From Gemmatales bacterium (GTDB lineage: Bacteria; Planctomycetota; Planctomycetia; Gemmatales; Gemmataceae), in contig JBBQPD010000001.1 in assembly GCA_038331535.1 (NCBI GenBank), positions 1 to 29,759 of the forward strand: a stretch of DNA of 29,759 nucleotides, in the 5' to 3' direction. This document shows positions 1 to 10,523 of this stretch, one piece after another. The position numbers were made by a program, and so were the translations under genes. Positions within the stretch are counted from its first letter, which is position 1, and each line of letters begins with the position of its first letter. Under the pieces are notes generated by a model. It searched no databases. It saw nothing but the letters and a program-made list of their open reading frames with translations, and was not told where the DNA came from.

Positions 1-84
1 CCCCCGGGCGCCCCCGCGGGGGGCCCCCCCCCCCCCCGCTCGCCGTTTTGAAATCACATTTCATCGCGATTCGAGACCTTCGCC

Positions 85-1341
85 ATGATCGCCGACGCAC
101 TCGTCCGGGATCTCTATACCGAGATTTGCAAGATCCCCCTCATCGACCCGCATTCGCACATCAACCCGCACCGCGCCGCTTCGCGCCGCCTCGACGACAT
201 CCTCGGTTACCACTACTACACCGAGCTGGCCCACTCCGCCGGCATGGACCAGTCGGCGCTGCGGCCGGAGGTCGCCCCGCGCGAACGGGTCCGCGCCGTC
301 CTGTCCTACATGGACCGCCTCGACAACACGGCTCAGTACAGCTGGTTCCTCGAAATCGCCCGCACCTTCCTCGGCTTCACCGGCGACCGCGTCACCGCCG
401 CCGACACCGACACCCTGTTCGACGCCGCCCAGCGCGTCTTCGCTCAGCCCGACTGGGAAGCGCAGGTGTTGAAGAAGTCCAACCTCGAAAAGGTCTTCCT
501 CACCAATGACTTCGACGACCCGCTCCAGGGTTTCGACACGACGCGCTACGTCCCGTGCCTGCGCACCGACGACCTCGTCTTCCACCTCGACAAGCCGGAA
601 GTGAAACAACGGCTGGCGAAGGCGACGGGCATTGAGGCGACGGACGCGGAGTCTCTGCGGCAAGCGCTGCGCAAGCTGTTCGAGCATTTTGTCGGCAAGG
701 GGGCGAAGGCCTGTGCCATCTCGCTGCCGCCGGACTTTTCGCCGGCCGCCGTGAGTGACAACGACCTGACACACGGCCTACCCTCCGGCGGCAACTCGGT
801 GGCGCGTTCGTGCGGCGTCTTCTGGATGCTGGCGGAGCACTGCCGCGAGTTCGGTTTGCCCTTCGACCTGATGATCGGCGTCAACCGCCGCGTCTACCGC
901 AACGGCGTCTACCAGGGACAGGACTTATTCGATCAGCGCACGTCGCTGATCCAGTACGCGGAGCTGTTCAACGCCTTCCCCGAGGTGACGTTCCCGATCT
1001 CGGTGCTGACCAGCGTGCAGAATCAGGAGCTAGTGAGCTACGCCTGGATCTTCCCGAACGTGGTGGCCAACGGCCACTGGTGGTACTCGAACGTGCCGGT
1101 GTACATCGAGCGCGACACGCGCGCCCGCTTGCAGGCGGTGCCGAAAACGAAGCAGATTGGTTATTACAGCGACATGTACAAGCTGGAGTTCGGCCTGCCG
1201 AAGTTCAACATGTATCGCCGCATTCTGGCGAAGGTGCTGGCCGACGAGTATGTCCGCGCCGGCGTGCTGAACGAGAAGACGGCGGTAGACCTGGCCCGCT
1301 GCGTGCTGCGCGACAACGTGCGGCGGATCTTCAAGGTGTGA
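85..1341 (+). CDS. uxaC: Glucuronate isomerase (uronate isomerase), amidohydrolase fold
   Basis: 418-aa ORF with the N-terminal metal motif IDPHSHINP, the GHYYTELAHSAG segment, and C-terminal GHWWY and YYSDMYKLEF motifs typical of UxaC; strong G/C third-position bias. Confidence 0.9.
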   Translation: MIADALVRDLYTEICKIPLIDPHSHINPHRAASRRLDDILGYHYYTELAHSAGMDQSALRPEVAPRERVRAVLSYMDRLDNTAQYSWFLEIARTFLGFTGDRVTAADTDTLFDAAQRVFAQPDWEAQVLKKSNLEKVFLTNDFDDPLQGFDTTRYVPCLRTDDLVFHLDKPEVKQRLAKATGIEATDAESLRQALRKLFEHFVGKGAKACAISLPPDFSPAAVSDNDLTHGLPSGGNSVARSCGVFWMLAEHCREFGLPFDLMIGVNRRVYRNGVYQGQDLFDQRTSLIQYAELFNAFPEVTFPISVLTSVQNQELVSYAWIFPNVVANGHWWYSNVPVYIERDTRARLQAVPKTKQIGYYSDMYKLEFGLPKFNMYRRILAKVLADEYVRAGVLNEKTAVDLARCVLRDNVRRIFKV

Positions 1342-1392
1342 ACGGATCGCTTACGGTAGAGAATTGGTGCAGTGTATTTCGCGAAGTGTCCC

Positions 1393-1677
1393 ATGACGAT
1401 GCGGACGATCAAGCCAAGAGTGAGCGAAGCGTCCCTTTTCGGACGACTGCTCGCCAACGGCCGAGGCAAGATGTCCGCGGAACTGGCGCGCTACGTCTTG
1501 AGCCTCGGGTTCGAGAACAACGACCAGGCACACATGCGGGATTTGGCGGCACGGAACCAGGACGGCATGCTCTCTCCGGAAGAACAGGAAGAACTGCAAG
1601 GCTACGTCAAGGCGGGGCACTTGCTAGCCCTGCTCCAGTCGCAGGCCCGGATTGCTGTTTTAGCTGATAGCTGTTAG
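1393..1677 (+). CDS. Small helical hypothetical protein, antitoxin-like; paralog of 6361-6630; last codons run into a tandem repeat
   Basis: Aligns by eye with the 6361-6630 product (LAARNQDGMLSPEEQEELQGYVKAGHLLALLQSQAR vs LADKCNEGTLTAEERDEYASYVSFGTFVALLKAKAR). Start at ATG 1393 or 1399 is uncertain. Confidence 0.7.
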   Translation: MTMRTIKPRVSEASLFGRLLANGRGKMSAELARYVLSLGFENNDQAHMRDLAARNQDGMLSPEEQEELQGYVKAGHLLALLQSQARIAVLADSC

Positions 1678-1699
1678 CTTTTAGCTGATAGCTGTCAGC
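1658..1699. repeat. 21-bp tandem repeat, two copies, one mismatch
   Basis: ttttagctgatagctgttagc (1658-1678) followed by ttttagctgatagctgtcagc (1679-1699). Confidence 0.9.
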
Positions 1700-1764
1700 C
1701 AACTCCTCTTATACTTTGCGCAGAAGTATTGTCACTCGCAGTCTCGTGCATTCTTGCTTAACCC

Positions 1765-2160
1765 TTACTTCACACCGGCCTTGCTCGCGGCGACCGGGTC
1801 AATCTGCTTCAACGCCGCGGCGGCGGCTTTGCGCACGCTCGGCTCCTTGTCGCGCAGCCGCTCTCGAAGGGCCGGCACCGCTTCCCCGGCCTCCGCGCCG
1901 AATTGGCCCAGCGCTTTGGCCGCGTCGCGGCGGACGTAAACATTCTCGTCCTTCAGCGCCTCAATCAGCACCGGCAGCACCGCCTCTTTCTCGTTCATGC
2001 GCTCTTGCAGGGCATGAATGGCCTGCAATCGTTTGGCGGCCTCGTCCGCTTTAGCCTGGGCCGCCAGGTCGGCCGTCGATTTCCCGCAGCCGGCAGCGCA
2101 CAGCAGCAGACAGTAGACGGCCGCATTCCGCGAAACGGCAAGCCGCCGATCAGTAACCAC
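1765..2160 (-). CDS. HEAT-repeat lipoprotein
   Basis: Lipobox-like LLLCAAG-C after a basic and hydrophobic N-terminus; HEAT/PBS-type repeats ([24 protein letters not shown]; [23 protein letters not shown]). GTG start at 2160 overlapping the DUF1559 stop is inferred. Confidence 0.75.
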   Translation of the reverse strand: MVTDRRLAVSRNAAVYCLLLCAAGCGKSTADLAAQAKADEAAKRLQAIHALQERMNEKEAVLPVLIEALKDENVYVRRDAAKALGQFGAEAGEAVPALRERLRDKEPSVRKAAAAALKQIDPVAASKAGVK

Positions 2161-3052
2161 CGACGGGGTTGCCGTCGTTGCGATTGAGCAAGTTCTCATA
2201 GACGGCCCCGTTGATGGAACTGGACAGCGTGCGCACGGAACCGTCGCCGAAGAGGAAGTTCGCCCCCGCCGTGTGCTTGCTGTAAAAGACGTCGGCGTCC
2301 CACAGCAACGGGTCGTTGGGGAGATGCGTCGCGCTGCCGTGGGCCAGCACCAGGCCCGAGGCGTACTCCGCGTTGCCGACCGGGTCTGGCGATTGCATCG
2401 CCGGCACGCTGCCGCCAGGCACCGCCCCCGTCCACGTCGTCCGCGAATGGCCGCTGTTGCGCTCGCCGATGAACAGCGTGTTGCTCAGGCCGTCGGTGAT
2501 GTCCGACGTCCGAAACTTGCTGTTGCGCAGGAAGGCGCCGCCGTTGTTGCCGGGGTAGAAGCTCGTCTCCTTGACCCCGTTGACCGCGACGTAGTTGCCC
2601 TGGGCGACAGTAGCCAGCGTTGCCGACGGATTGGTGCTGCTGTAGACGGCGAAGGTCGGCAACCGTTCGTCCGATGGACAGAGGAACGTGTTCAACACCG
2701 TCCGGCAGATCGGGTTCACGCCCACGGTCTGGTTGAAGTTGATCTGGTTGTAGACGTTGGCCTGTTCGAGGTCGTTGAGCAGGAAGGACGCCCAGCCCCA
2801 GCCCGGCCCCACGTCGAACGAGGCGTCGGAGTTGGGATCGGGATTGTTGTCCTTGTAGCCGGGCGGGAAGGAACCCATGCGGTCGTGATAAGAGTGCAGG
2901 GCGATGCCGATCTGCTTCAGGTTGTTCTGGCACTGCATCCGGGAGGCAGCCTCGCGGACCTTCTGCACCGCGGGCAGCAGCAGGCCGATGAGGATGGCGA
3001 TGATGGCGATCACCACCAGCAGCTCGATCAAGGTGAAGGCTCGGCGTCGCAT
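2150..3052 (-). CDS. DUF1559 family protein with prepilin-type N-terminal cleavage/methylation motif and H-X9-DG motif
   Basis: N-terminus [51 protein letters not shown], and C-terminal [14 protein letters not shown]. Confidence 0.95.
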   Translation of the reverse strand: MRRRAFTLIELLVVIAIIAILIGLLLPAVQKVREAASRMQCQNNLKQIGIALHSYHDRMGSFPPGYKDNNPDPNSDASFDVGPGWGWASFLLNDLEQANVYNQINFNQTVGVNPICRTVLNTFLCPSDERLPTFAVYSSTNPSATLATVAQGNYVAVNGVKETSFYPGNNGGAFLRNSKFRTSDITDGLSNTLFIGERNSGHSRTTWTGAVPGGSVPAMQSPDPVGNAEYASGLVLAHGSATHLPNDPLLWDADVFYSKHTAGANFLFGDGSVRTLSSSINGAVYENLLNRNDGNPVGGY

Positions 3053-3366
3053 GGGTGTGTCTCGCTGGAGTTATACTTTGTATGACCTCGTATGAGTTTG
3101 TACTCGCGGCGTGGCGAAGTGTCAAGGGAGAGAAGGGAAAAAAGGTGGACCCGGCGCTGGGCCAGCCGCACAAGCTGCCGGACGGCGCCCTGGAGTTCAT
3201 CTCGACGCGCCCCGGCCGCATCGACAAGGCAGTCGAGCTGACCCACATGGAACCGGCCGATCCGGCTGTTTGTATTGCCACCTCAAATACTGCCGGCCGA
3301 GCGTGTACAATACGGAGGTGTCGCGCTTACCGCCAAGGCACATCAAGCCGCGAAGGAGACTTCGCC

Positions 3367-3765
3367 GTGTTGCAGATTCAGACCGCGAACCTCCCTTTAG
3401 AACAGCAACAGAAGGTTCATCCGGATTTCCTGGCCAACGAAAAAGCGTACTTGAGCATGCGCGACGCCCTGCTTCCCCAGTACAGGGGTCAATGGGTTGC
3501 CGTCCAGGACGGGAAGGTGATCGCGGCGGGGCACGGACTTCTGGATGTTATGGGGAGCCCGTCCGACGGCGGACATCCCTACTTCGCCCTGGTCGGCGCG
3601 GAAGATGCGGTCGTCTTTCGGGTACGCCGTGCCGTCTTTGCTTACGACCAGGCCTATCTGCCGTTCCCGTTGCCGCGCCTCACCGCGACCTTCTTGAACC
3701 ATGCCGAAACGCATGCGCAACTTTTCCGCTGCCGTCCTACCCGCATGACGGCTACAATAGCGTAA
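3367..3765 (+). CDS. DUF5678-like protein, probably C-terminally truncated
   Basis: GTG start after RBS aaggag; motif LLPQYRGQWVAVQDGKVIAAG typical of DUF5678; the sequence after about 3720 (LFRCRPTRMTATIA) looks like read-through into a promoter-like stretch. Confidence 0.65.
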   Translation: MLQIQTANLPLEQQQKVHPDFLANEKAYLSMRDALLPQYRGQWVAVQDGKVIAAGHGLLDVMGSPSDGGHPYFALVGAEDAVVFRVRRAVFAYDQAYLPFPLPRLTATFLNHAETHAQLFRCRPTRMTATIA

Positions 3766-3793
3766 AGCGTCGCCGAACCGGAAAGAGACTCCC

Positions 3794-4093
3794 ATGAACA
3801 TGTGTCCTGAATGCGGTCGTCCAAGCTCCGCAGAGGTTGCGAAGTGCGCGACCTGTGGCCACGCGCTCGCGAACGGGACCGCGCCTCAGGAAACTAGCCC
3901 TGCGGAGAAACTCCTGCCCGGATTAAACGGCTACGTCGTCCACAAGACGCCGCCGGAGATGATCGAGGAGGCGATCCGCACCTTTGACGAGGACGCGTTT
4001 CTGGCGGAATTGCGGGAAGTCGAGCGTAACGGCGGCGGCGAGTTGAAGGATTTCATCCATGAACTCGAACAGGAAGTGACCGTCCGTGAGTGA
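3794..4093 (+). CDS. Putative antitoxin with N-terminal zinc-ribbon (CxxC-x10-CxxC) and acidic C-terminus
   Basis: CPEC...CATC motif; acidic helical tail; overlaps the next gene by 8 nt (gtgagtga). Confidence 0.7.
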   Translation: MNMCPECGRPSSAEVAKCATCGHALANGTAPQETSPAEKLLPGLNGYVVHKTPPEMIEEAIRTFDEDAFLAELREVERNGGGELKDFIHELEQEVTVRE

Positions 4094-4397
4094 AACTCCC
4101 GCGACTCCCTACAAGGTGGTTTACTCCGAGCGCGTGCGGGCAGCCTTGCGGGAGTTCCTGGTCCGCGCGACGAAAGGCGGTCAGCGCGATTCCTTCTTGG
4201 CGGCGTTGAAGGAACTGGATCGTCTCCTTCACCTCTATCCGCAATTCGGCGAACCGTTACTCGATCTGAAGAAAGAGGTCGGCCAGGTCTACTGCGGCAC
4301 CGTGCCGCCGCTCGTCGTGCGCTATGCGGTGTTTGAAGATCGGCGACTGGTCTTCGTGGGTTCGCCGCCTCAATTGCTACTCAATACTGGATACTGA
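4086..4397 (+). CDS. RelE/ParE-like toxin candidate
   Basis: 103 aa; YKVVYSERVRAAL N-terminal strand/helix, PQFGEPL, and LVVRYAVFEDRRLVFV C-terminal strands resembling the RelE/ParE fold; coupled to the upstream small gene. Confidence 0.65.
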   Translation: MSETPATPYKVVYSERVRAALREFLVRATKGGQRDSFLAALKELDRLLHLYPQFGEPLLDLKKEVGQVYCGTVPPLVVRYAVFEDRRLVFVGSPPQLLLNTGY

Positions 4398-4462
4398 AGC
4401 TGTAGGGCAGACTTGACGCTCGAACCTGCCGTTCTCCCTTCCTTCCTCAATGATAAACTTGC

Positions 4463-4480
4463 CCGTCCCTTTTTCCGTCC
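4463..4480 (-). repeat. Degenerate inverted copy of the ggacggaaaa...gggacgg motif
   Basis: ccgtccctttttccgtcc; its reverse complement ggacggaaaaagggacgg resembles ggacggaaaaggtgggacgg at 5700-5719. Confidence 0.5.
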
Positions 4481-4495
4481 GATGATACTACTCGA

Positions 4496-5491
4496 TCACC
4501 TGTCCTGCTTCTTCGGAGTTGAAACGGCCCATAATTTGATGGTTCGGTCCTTACCAGCGGAGGCTAAGAACTTCCCGTCTGGGCTGAATGCCACCGCCCA
4601 CACCTGATCGGAATGTCCGTTCAGGGTGACGATTGATTTACCATCATCTGCGAGGTTCCACAGGCGGATGGTTTTGTCCCAACTTCCTGACGCCAACCAT
4701 TTGCTATCAGGCGAAACCGTGACGCCGCCGACCCAGTCCGTGTGTCCTTCGAGTGTGTTCCGTTCCTTCCATATCGCAACTTCCCATACTTTCATTGTTC
4801 GATCCAAACTGCCAGAGACAAGCAGTTTGCCATTTGGACTGAACATCACGGAGTTGATTCCGTCGGCATGCCCTTCGAGCAGAGCAATTTGTTTGTAGGT
4901 GGAAGTGTTCCACACCCGGATCAGATCGTCGTCACTACCACAAGCCAGTTGTTTGCCGTCCGGGCTGAAGGCCACGCACACGACGCTGGTATGCCCGTCC
5001 AGTTCGGCTCGCTCTTTGCCAGTGACAACATCCCATAACTTCACGCTACCAGCCCAATTACCCGACGCAAGCGTTTTCCCGTCGGGTGAGAAGATAACGG
5101 AGCAGGCACCCACTTCATGCTTAAAGCAGCGGATTTGTTTTCCTGAACTGACATCCCAAAGCCTGACTGTCTTGTCTTCACTTGCAGACGCCACCATCTT
5201 TCCGTCCAAACTGAATGCCACGGAAGACACCGTCTTCTTGTGGCCTTTGAAGGTGGTCTTCTCTTTTGCAGCAGCCACGTTCCACACCTTCACGGTTCCA
5301 TCGTCGCTACCAGAAGCCAACAAGCCCCCATCTGGACTGAAAGCGACGGACCGAATAAGTCCCTCATGCCCCTCGAGGGTAGATTGCTCCTTGACTTCCA
5401 GAACTTGGGCATTTGCACCTTCACCCTGCGAAAAGCCAATCCACCCAAGCAGGAGAACCGCCCCAAGTACAAAGCTGTGCTGCACGACCAT
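4496..5491 (-). CDS. Secreted WD40-repeat (beta-propeller) protein
   Basis: About seven repeats of GH...V..VAFSPDG..LASGS.D.T.K.W; N-terminal signal-like hydrophobic stretch; ATG 5491 preceded by aaggaggag; codon usage visibly more A/T-rich than the flanking core genes. Confidence 0.92.
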   Translation of the reverse strand: MVVQHSFVLGAVLLLGWIGFSQGEGANAQVLEVKEQSTLEGHEGLIRSVAFSPDGGLLASGSDDGTVKVWNVAAAKEKTTFKGHKKTVSSVAFSLDGKMVASASEDKTVRLWDVSSGKQIRCFKHEVGACSVIFSPDGKTLASGNWAGSVKLWDVVTGKERAELDGHTSVVCVAFSPDGKQLACGSDDDLIRVWNTSTYKQIALLEGHADGINSVMFSPNGKLLVSGSLDRTMKVWEVAIWKERNTLEGHTDWVGGVTVSPDSKWLASGSWDKTIRLWNLADDGKSIVTLNGHSDQVWAVAFSPDGKFLASAGKDRTIKLWAVSTPKKQDR

Positions 5492-5683
5492 GAACTCCTC
5501 CTTGGTGGATAGCGGCCCCTTGGAACCTTTCTGCCCCGTCACGATACTGCCAAAAAAAGGGTAGTGGGGGATTGTGTCTCAAACCGACGCTTTTTTCAAG
5601 GCATTCTTCGTGGCGACGGCTATGACAAAAAAGGTTTACCATACCTGTCAGCAGGGGACTGGCCCGTTCCACGGACGCCTGGA

Positions 5684-5732
5684 ACGGAAAAGGTGGCAGG
5701 GACGGAAAAGGTGGGACGGAAAAGGTGGCAGG
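5684..5732 (+). repeat. Three direct copies of acggaaaaggtgg(cagg), REP-like
   Basis: Copies at 5684-5700, 5702-5714 and 5716-5732. Confidence 0.85.
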
Positions 5733-6016
5733 AAGCGTTGTATCCAGATCGATCTTCGGCAAAATCCCGCAGCCTCCCACCCGGAGAGTTGGCAATGGCC
5801 TCGATCAAGTCGCTCTGCGGTTCGCTCTTCCCCACCTCCAGGTCCGCGATCACCTCCCGCGCCTGGCGGAACGGGACTCCTCGGAGCGCTGACGAGGCCA
5901 GTGAGTCCGCCTACCAGTCCGTACACCGGAGAGGTATAATCCACTCCCATCAGGAGGCTCGAGCGCAACCGAATTGCGGCCGTTCTTGACCCGCAGCTTC
6001 CGAACGAGGCAGAGCC

Positions 6017-6220
6017 ATGAGTCCGGTCGTTCAAGACATCCTTCAGCGTATTCAGCAGTTGCCGGCCGATGACCGCTTGCTGTTGGACGAGCAGCTTGCG
6101 CAACTCGCGGAAGTCGAATGGCAGCGTGAAGCACAAGACGCCCGCCGGTCGGCGCGACAGCGCGGCATCAACCAGGCCGCAATCGACGCGGCTGTCGAGA
6201 AGGTTCGCTACGGGCCATGA
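6017..6220 (+). CDS. Putative antitoxin (67 aa) of a PIN-toxin module
   Basis: RBS gaggcagag; MSPVVQDILQRIQQLPADDRLLL helical small protein; ATGA overlap with the downstream PIN-like gene. Confidence 0.75.
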   Translation: MSPVVQDILQRIQQLPADDRLLLDEQLAQLAEVEWQREAQDARRSARQRGINQAAIDAAVEKVRYGP

Positions 6221-6345
6221 ATATCTTCTTCGACACCAACGTTTACGTGGCCGAGACTCTTCTCGGCGAAATAGCCGAAGAAATGCTGGCGGCCACCGAA
6301 GCGGCTTCCTGGCGAATCCACGCCAGCGGCTATCTCCTCGATGAG
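6217..6345 (+). pseudogene. 5' fragment of a PIN-domain toxin, truncated after about 43 codons
   Basis: MNIFFDTNVYV is the PIN first-strand motif and YLLDE carries the second acidic residue. Beyond 6346 the frame is only the antisense of the 6361-6630 gene. Confidence 0.7.
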
Positions 6346-6360
6346 TCGCGGCGTCGACCA

Positions 6361-6630
6361 TCATGCCCCCGGATTATTCGCGAGCAGTTTCCGGGCTTTC
6401 GCCTTCAAGAGTGCGACGAAGGTGCCGAAGGAGACGTAGCTGGCGTATTCGTCTCGTTCCTCGGCGGTGAGCGTCCCTTCGTTGCACTTGTCCGCGAGTT
6501 GATCCATCTGCACTTGCAACTGAGCGTCTGCCCGAAGTTTCAAGAGGCGCTTCGCCGACTCCGGAGTCAGGCAGCGGCTGAGGGGATCGACGAGCCGATC
6601 CAGAACGGGAGATGACTTCGATGCGTTCAT
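6361..6630 (-). CDS. Small helical hypothetical protein, antitoxin-like; paralog of 1393-1677
   Basis: 89-aa ORF with good codon bias; its stop overlaps a new start (tgATGATGgtcgacgccgcgact = MMVDAAT) that is cut after 7 codons. Confidence 0.8.
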   Translation of the reverse strand: MNASKSSPVLDRLVDPLSRCLTPESAKRLLKLRADAQLQVQMDQLADKCNEGTLTAEERDEYASYVSFGTFVALLKAKARKLLANNPGA

Positions 6631-6645
6631 GGTGAAATTGTACCA
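6631..6645 (-). promoter_or_regulatory. Extended -10 promoter TGnTACAAT, 6 nt upstream of ATG 6630 (leaderless transcript candidate)
   Basis: Minus strand reads tgg-tacaat-ttcacc-ATG; no Shine-Dalgarno is possible between -10 and ATG. Confidence 0.6.
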
Positions 6646-6816
6646 CGAAGAAAGATAACAGGACAGCGGGGCTTCGCCGGTGCTCCCAGCGGCAGGAGAG
6701 TCTATTCCGCAGCGGATCGGGAATGGTCTGCTGCTTTCCCGGTGAAGCGAAGACTACCGCAGTCGGCCAGGTTGTGGGGAGTCGAATTCCAGAAAAATCA
6801 ACATTCTTGAGCAGTC

Positions 6817-6907
6817 CCGCCAGAGTATGTAGGGGTGTGGCGGACATACTCGGTCGCCAGGCGCGGAGTCAAAAACGGCATGGACTTACGTCGAAAAGTA
6901 TGTCCGC
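6817..6907. repeat. Nested, overlapping inverted repeats
   Basis: gcggacatact (6840-6850) / agtatgtccgc (6897-6907) perfect 11 bp; gagtatgt (6823-6830) / acatactc (6844-6851); ccgcca (6817-6822) / tggcgg (6838-6843). Confidence 0.7.
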
Positions 6908-7060
6908 GACGCGTGGCGGAGATAGTCGGGAAGGGGCGGACCTGGTTCCGAACCTTCCAGCAGGATGAAGGGTGTAACACGCTTCGTCGATGAAGTCATT
7001 CATGGGGCCTCCAGGAGTCGGATCGGCTCGCGGGGGTAACAAGTCCCCAGGCACATCCGC

Positions 7061-7306
7061 TCAGGCCGATTTCTTGTCCTGCTCGAAGGGCGGGTCCGTG
7101 TTCTTCGTTTTCTCGCCATCCGCCAGCGGCACAACTTCGCCGGTATCGAGGTCGACTTCCGGCAGCACAACACAGCAGTGCTCATATCCGAGGACTGCCG
7201 GGACTGGCAGCGTCGGCTCATCCGGGTCGTTGAGCAGAACCTCGGGGAGAAGAACCCACAAATTCTCATACCCGCGCTCACGGTCATCAGGTGCCGGGTT
7301 GCTCAT
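7061..7306 (-). CDS. Acidic hypothetical protein (81 aa)
   Basis: ATG 7306 overlaps the reconstructed stop of the upstream frameshifted gene (ATGA); protein-like composition. Confidence 0.65.
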   Translation of the reverse strand: MSNPAPDDRERGYENLWVLLPEVLLNDPDEPTLPVPAVLGYEHCCVVLPEVDLDTGEVVPLADGEKTKNTDPPFEQDKKSA

Positions 7307-7717
7307 GGAATTTCCCTCCACCGCAGGATTTCCGACGCGAGAACGTCCCCTTCAGAAATAAGCCGAAACTCATACAGACTAGGGCCCGGGATAACGAGGT
7401 TCTTCCAATGCAACGGCAGTTCACGAGCCGCCAGCGGATCCAGCCCCAGATCCACTGTAAGCGTCCGCGAGTTTTATCAACCGTTCCTCTCCGTTATCGT
7501 CCCAGGTGATCAATTCAACCTCAAAGGAGAAGTCGCCGTGACCATCCGTCACCACGGCGGCGAGCGTAATCTGAGCGAGTGTGTACGGGAAACTGCTTCG
7601 CGGCAGCAGACGAATAGCGTGCATGAGGTTTCGCAGCGTCACGTTCCCGCCATCCGCCGACCTCTCGACGCGCTCGCAGGCTATGAAATGCCGTACGACA
7701 GGTTTGCGAACGGCCAT
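7303..7717 (-). pseudogene. DUF6941-like beta-rich protein interrupted by a +1 frameshift
   Basis: RBS gagga before ATG 7717. Removing one A from the A4 run (plus-strand TTTT 7472-7475) gives a continuous frame ...NSRTLTVDLGLDPLAARELPLHWKNLVIPGPSLYEFRLISEGDVLASEILRWREIP* ending at 7303. The span is 415 nt = 3n+1. Confidence 0.7.
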
Positions 7718-7796
7718 GATACGGTCCTCTTCAGAAGTCCGCGATGGACAACGGGCCAGAGACTCTCGCCCCCGGCCCGTCGCTGTCATCCCACCG

Positions 7797-10523
<2,727 letters not shown>

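Noticed and set aside
1-47. G/C homopolymer-rich low-complexity start
   Set aside because: Looks like a contig-end or sequencing artefact; no interpretable structure.
1658-1699. GTTAGC-containing repeat as an integron attC site
   Set aside because: No matching RYYYAAC inverse core or L boxes, and no integrase in the window.
6217-6615. 132-aa ORF as a full PIN toxin
   Set aside because: Only the first ~43 codons are PIN-like; the rest is the reverse complement of the 6361-6630 gene.
6869-7003. 44-aa ORF MNDFIDEACYTLHPAGRFG with GGAGG RBS
   Set aside because: Good RBS, but the frame runs into the inverted-repeat region and has no recognisable motif; possibly a 5' gene relic, not supportable as a feature.
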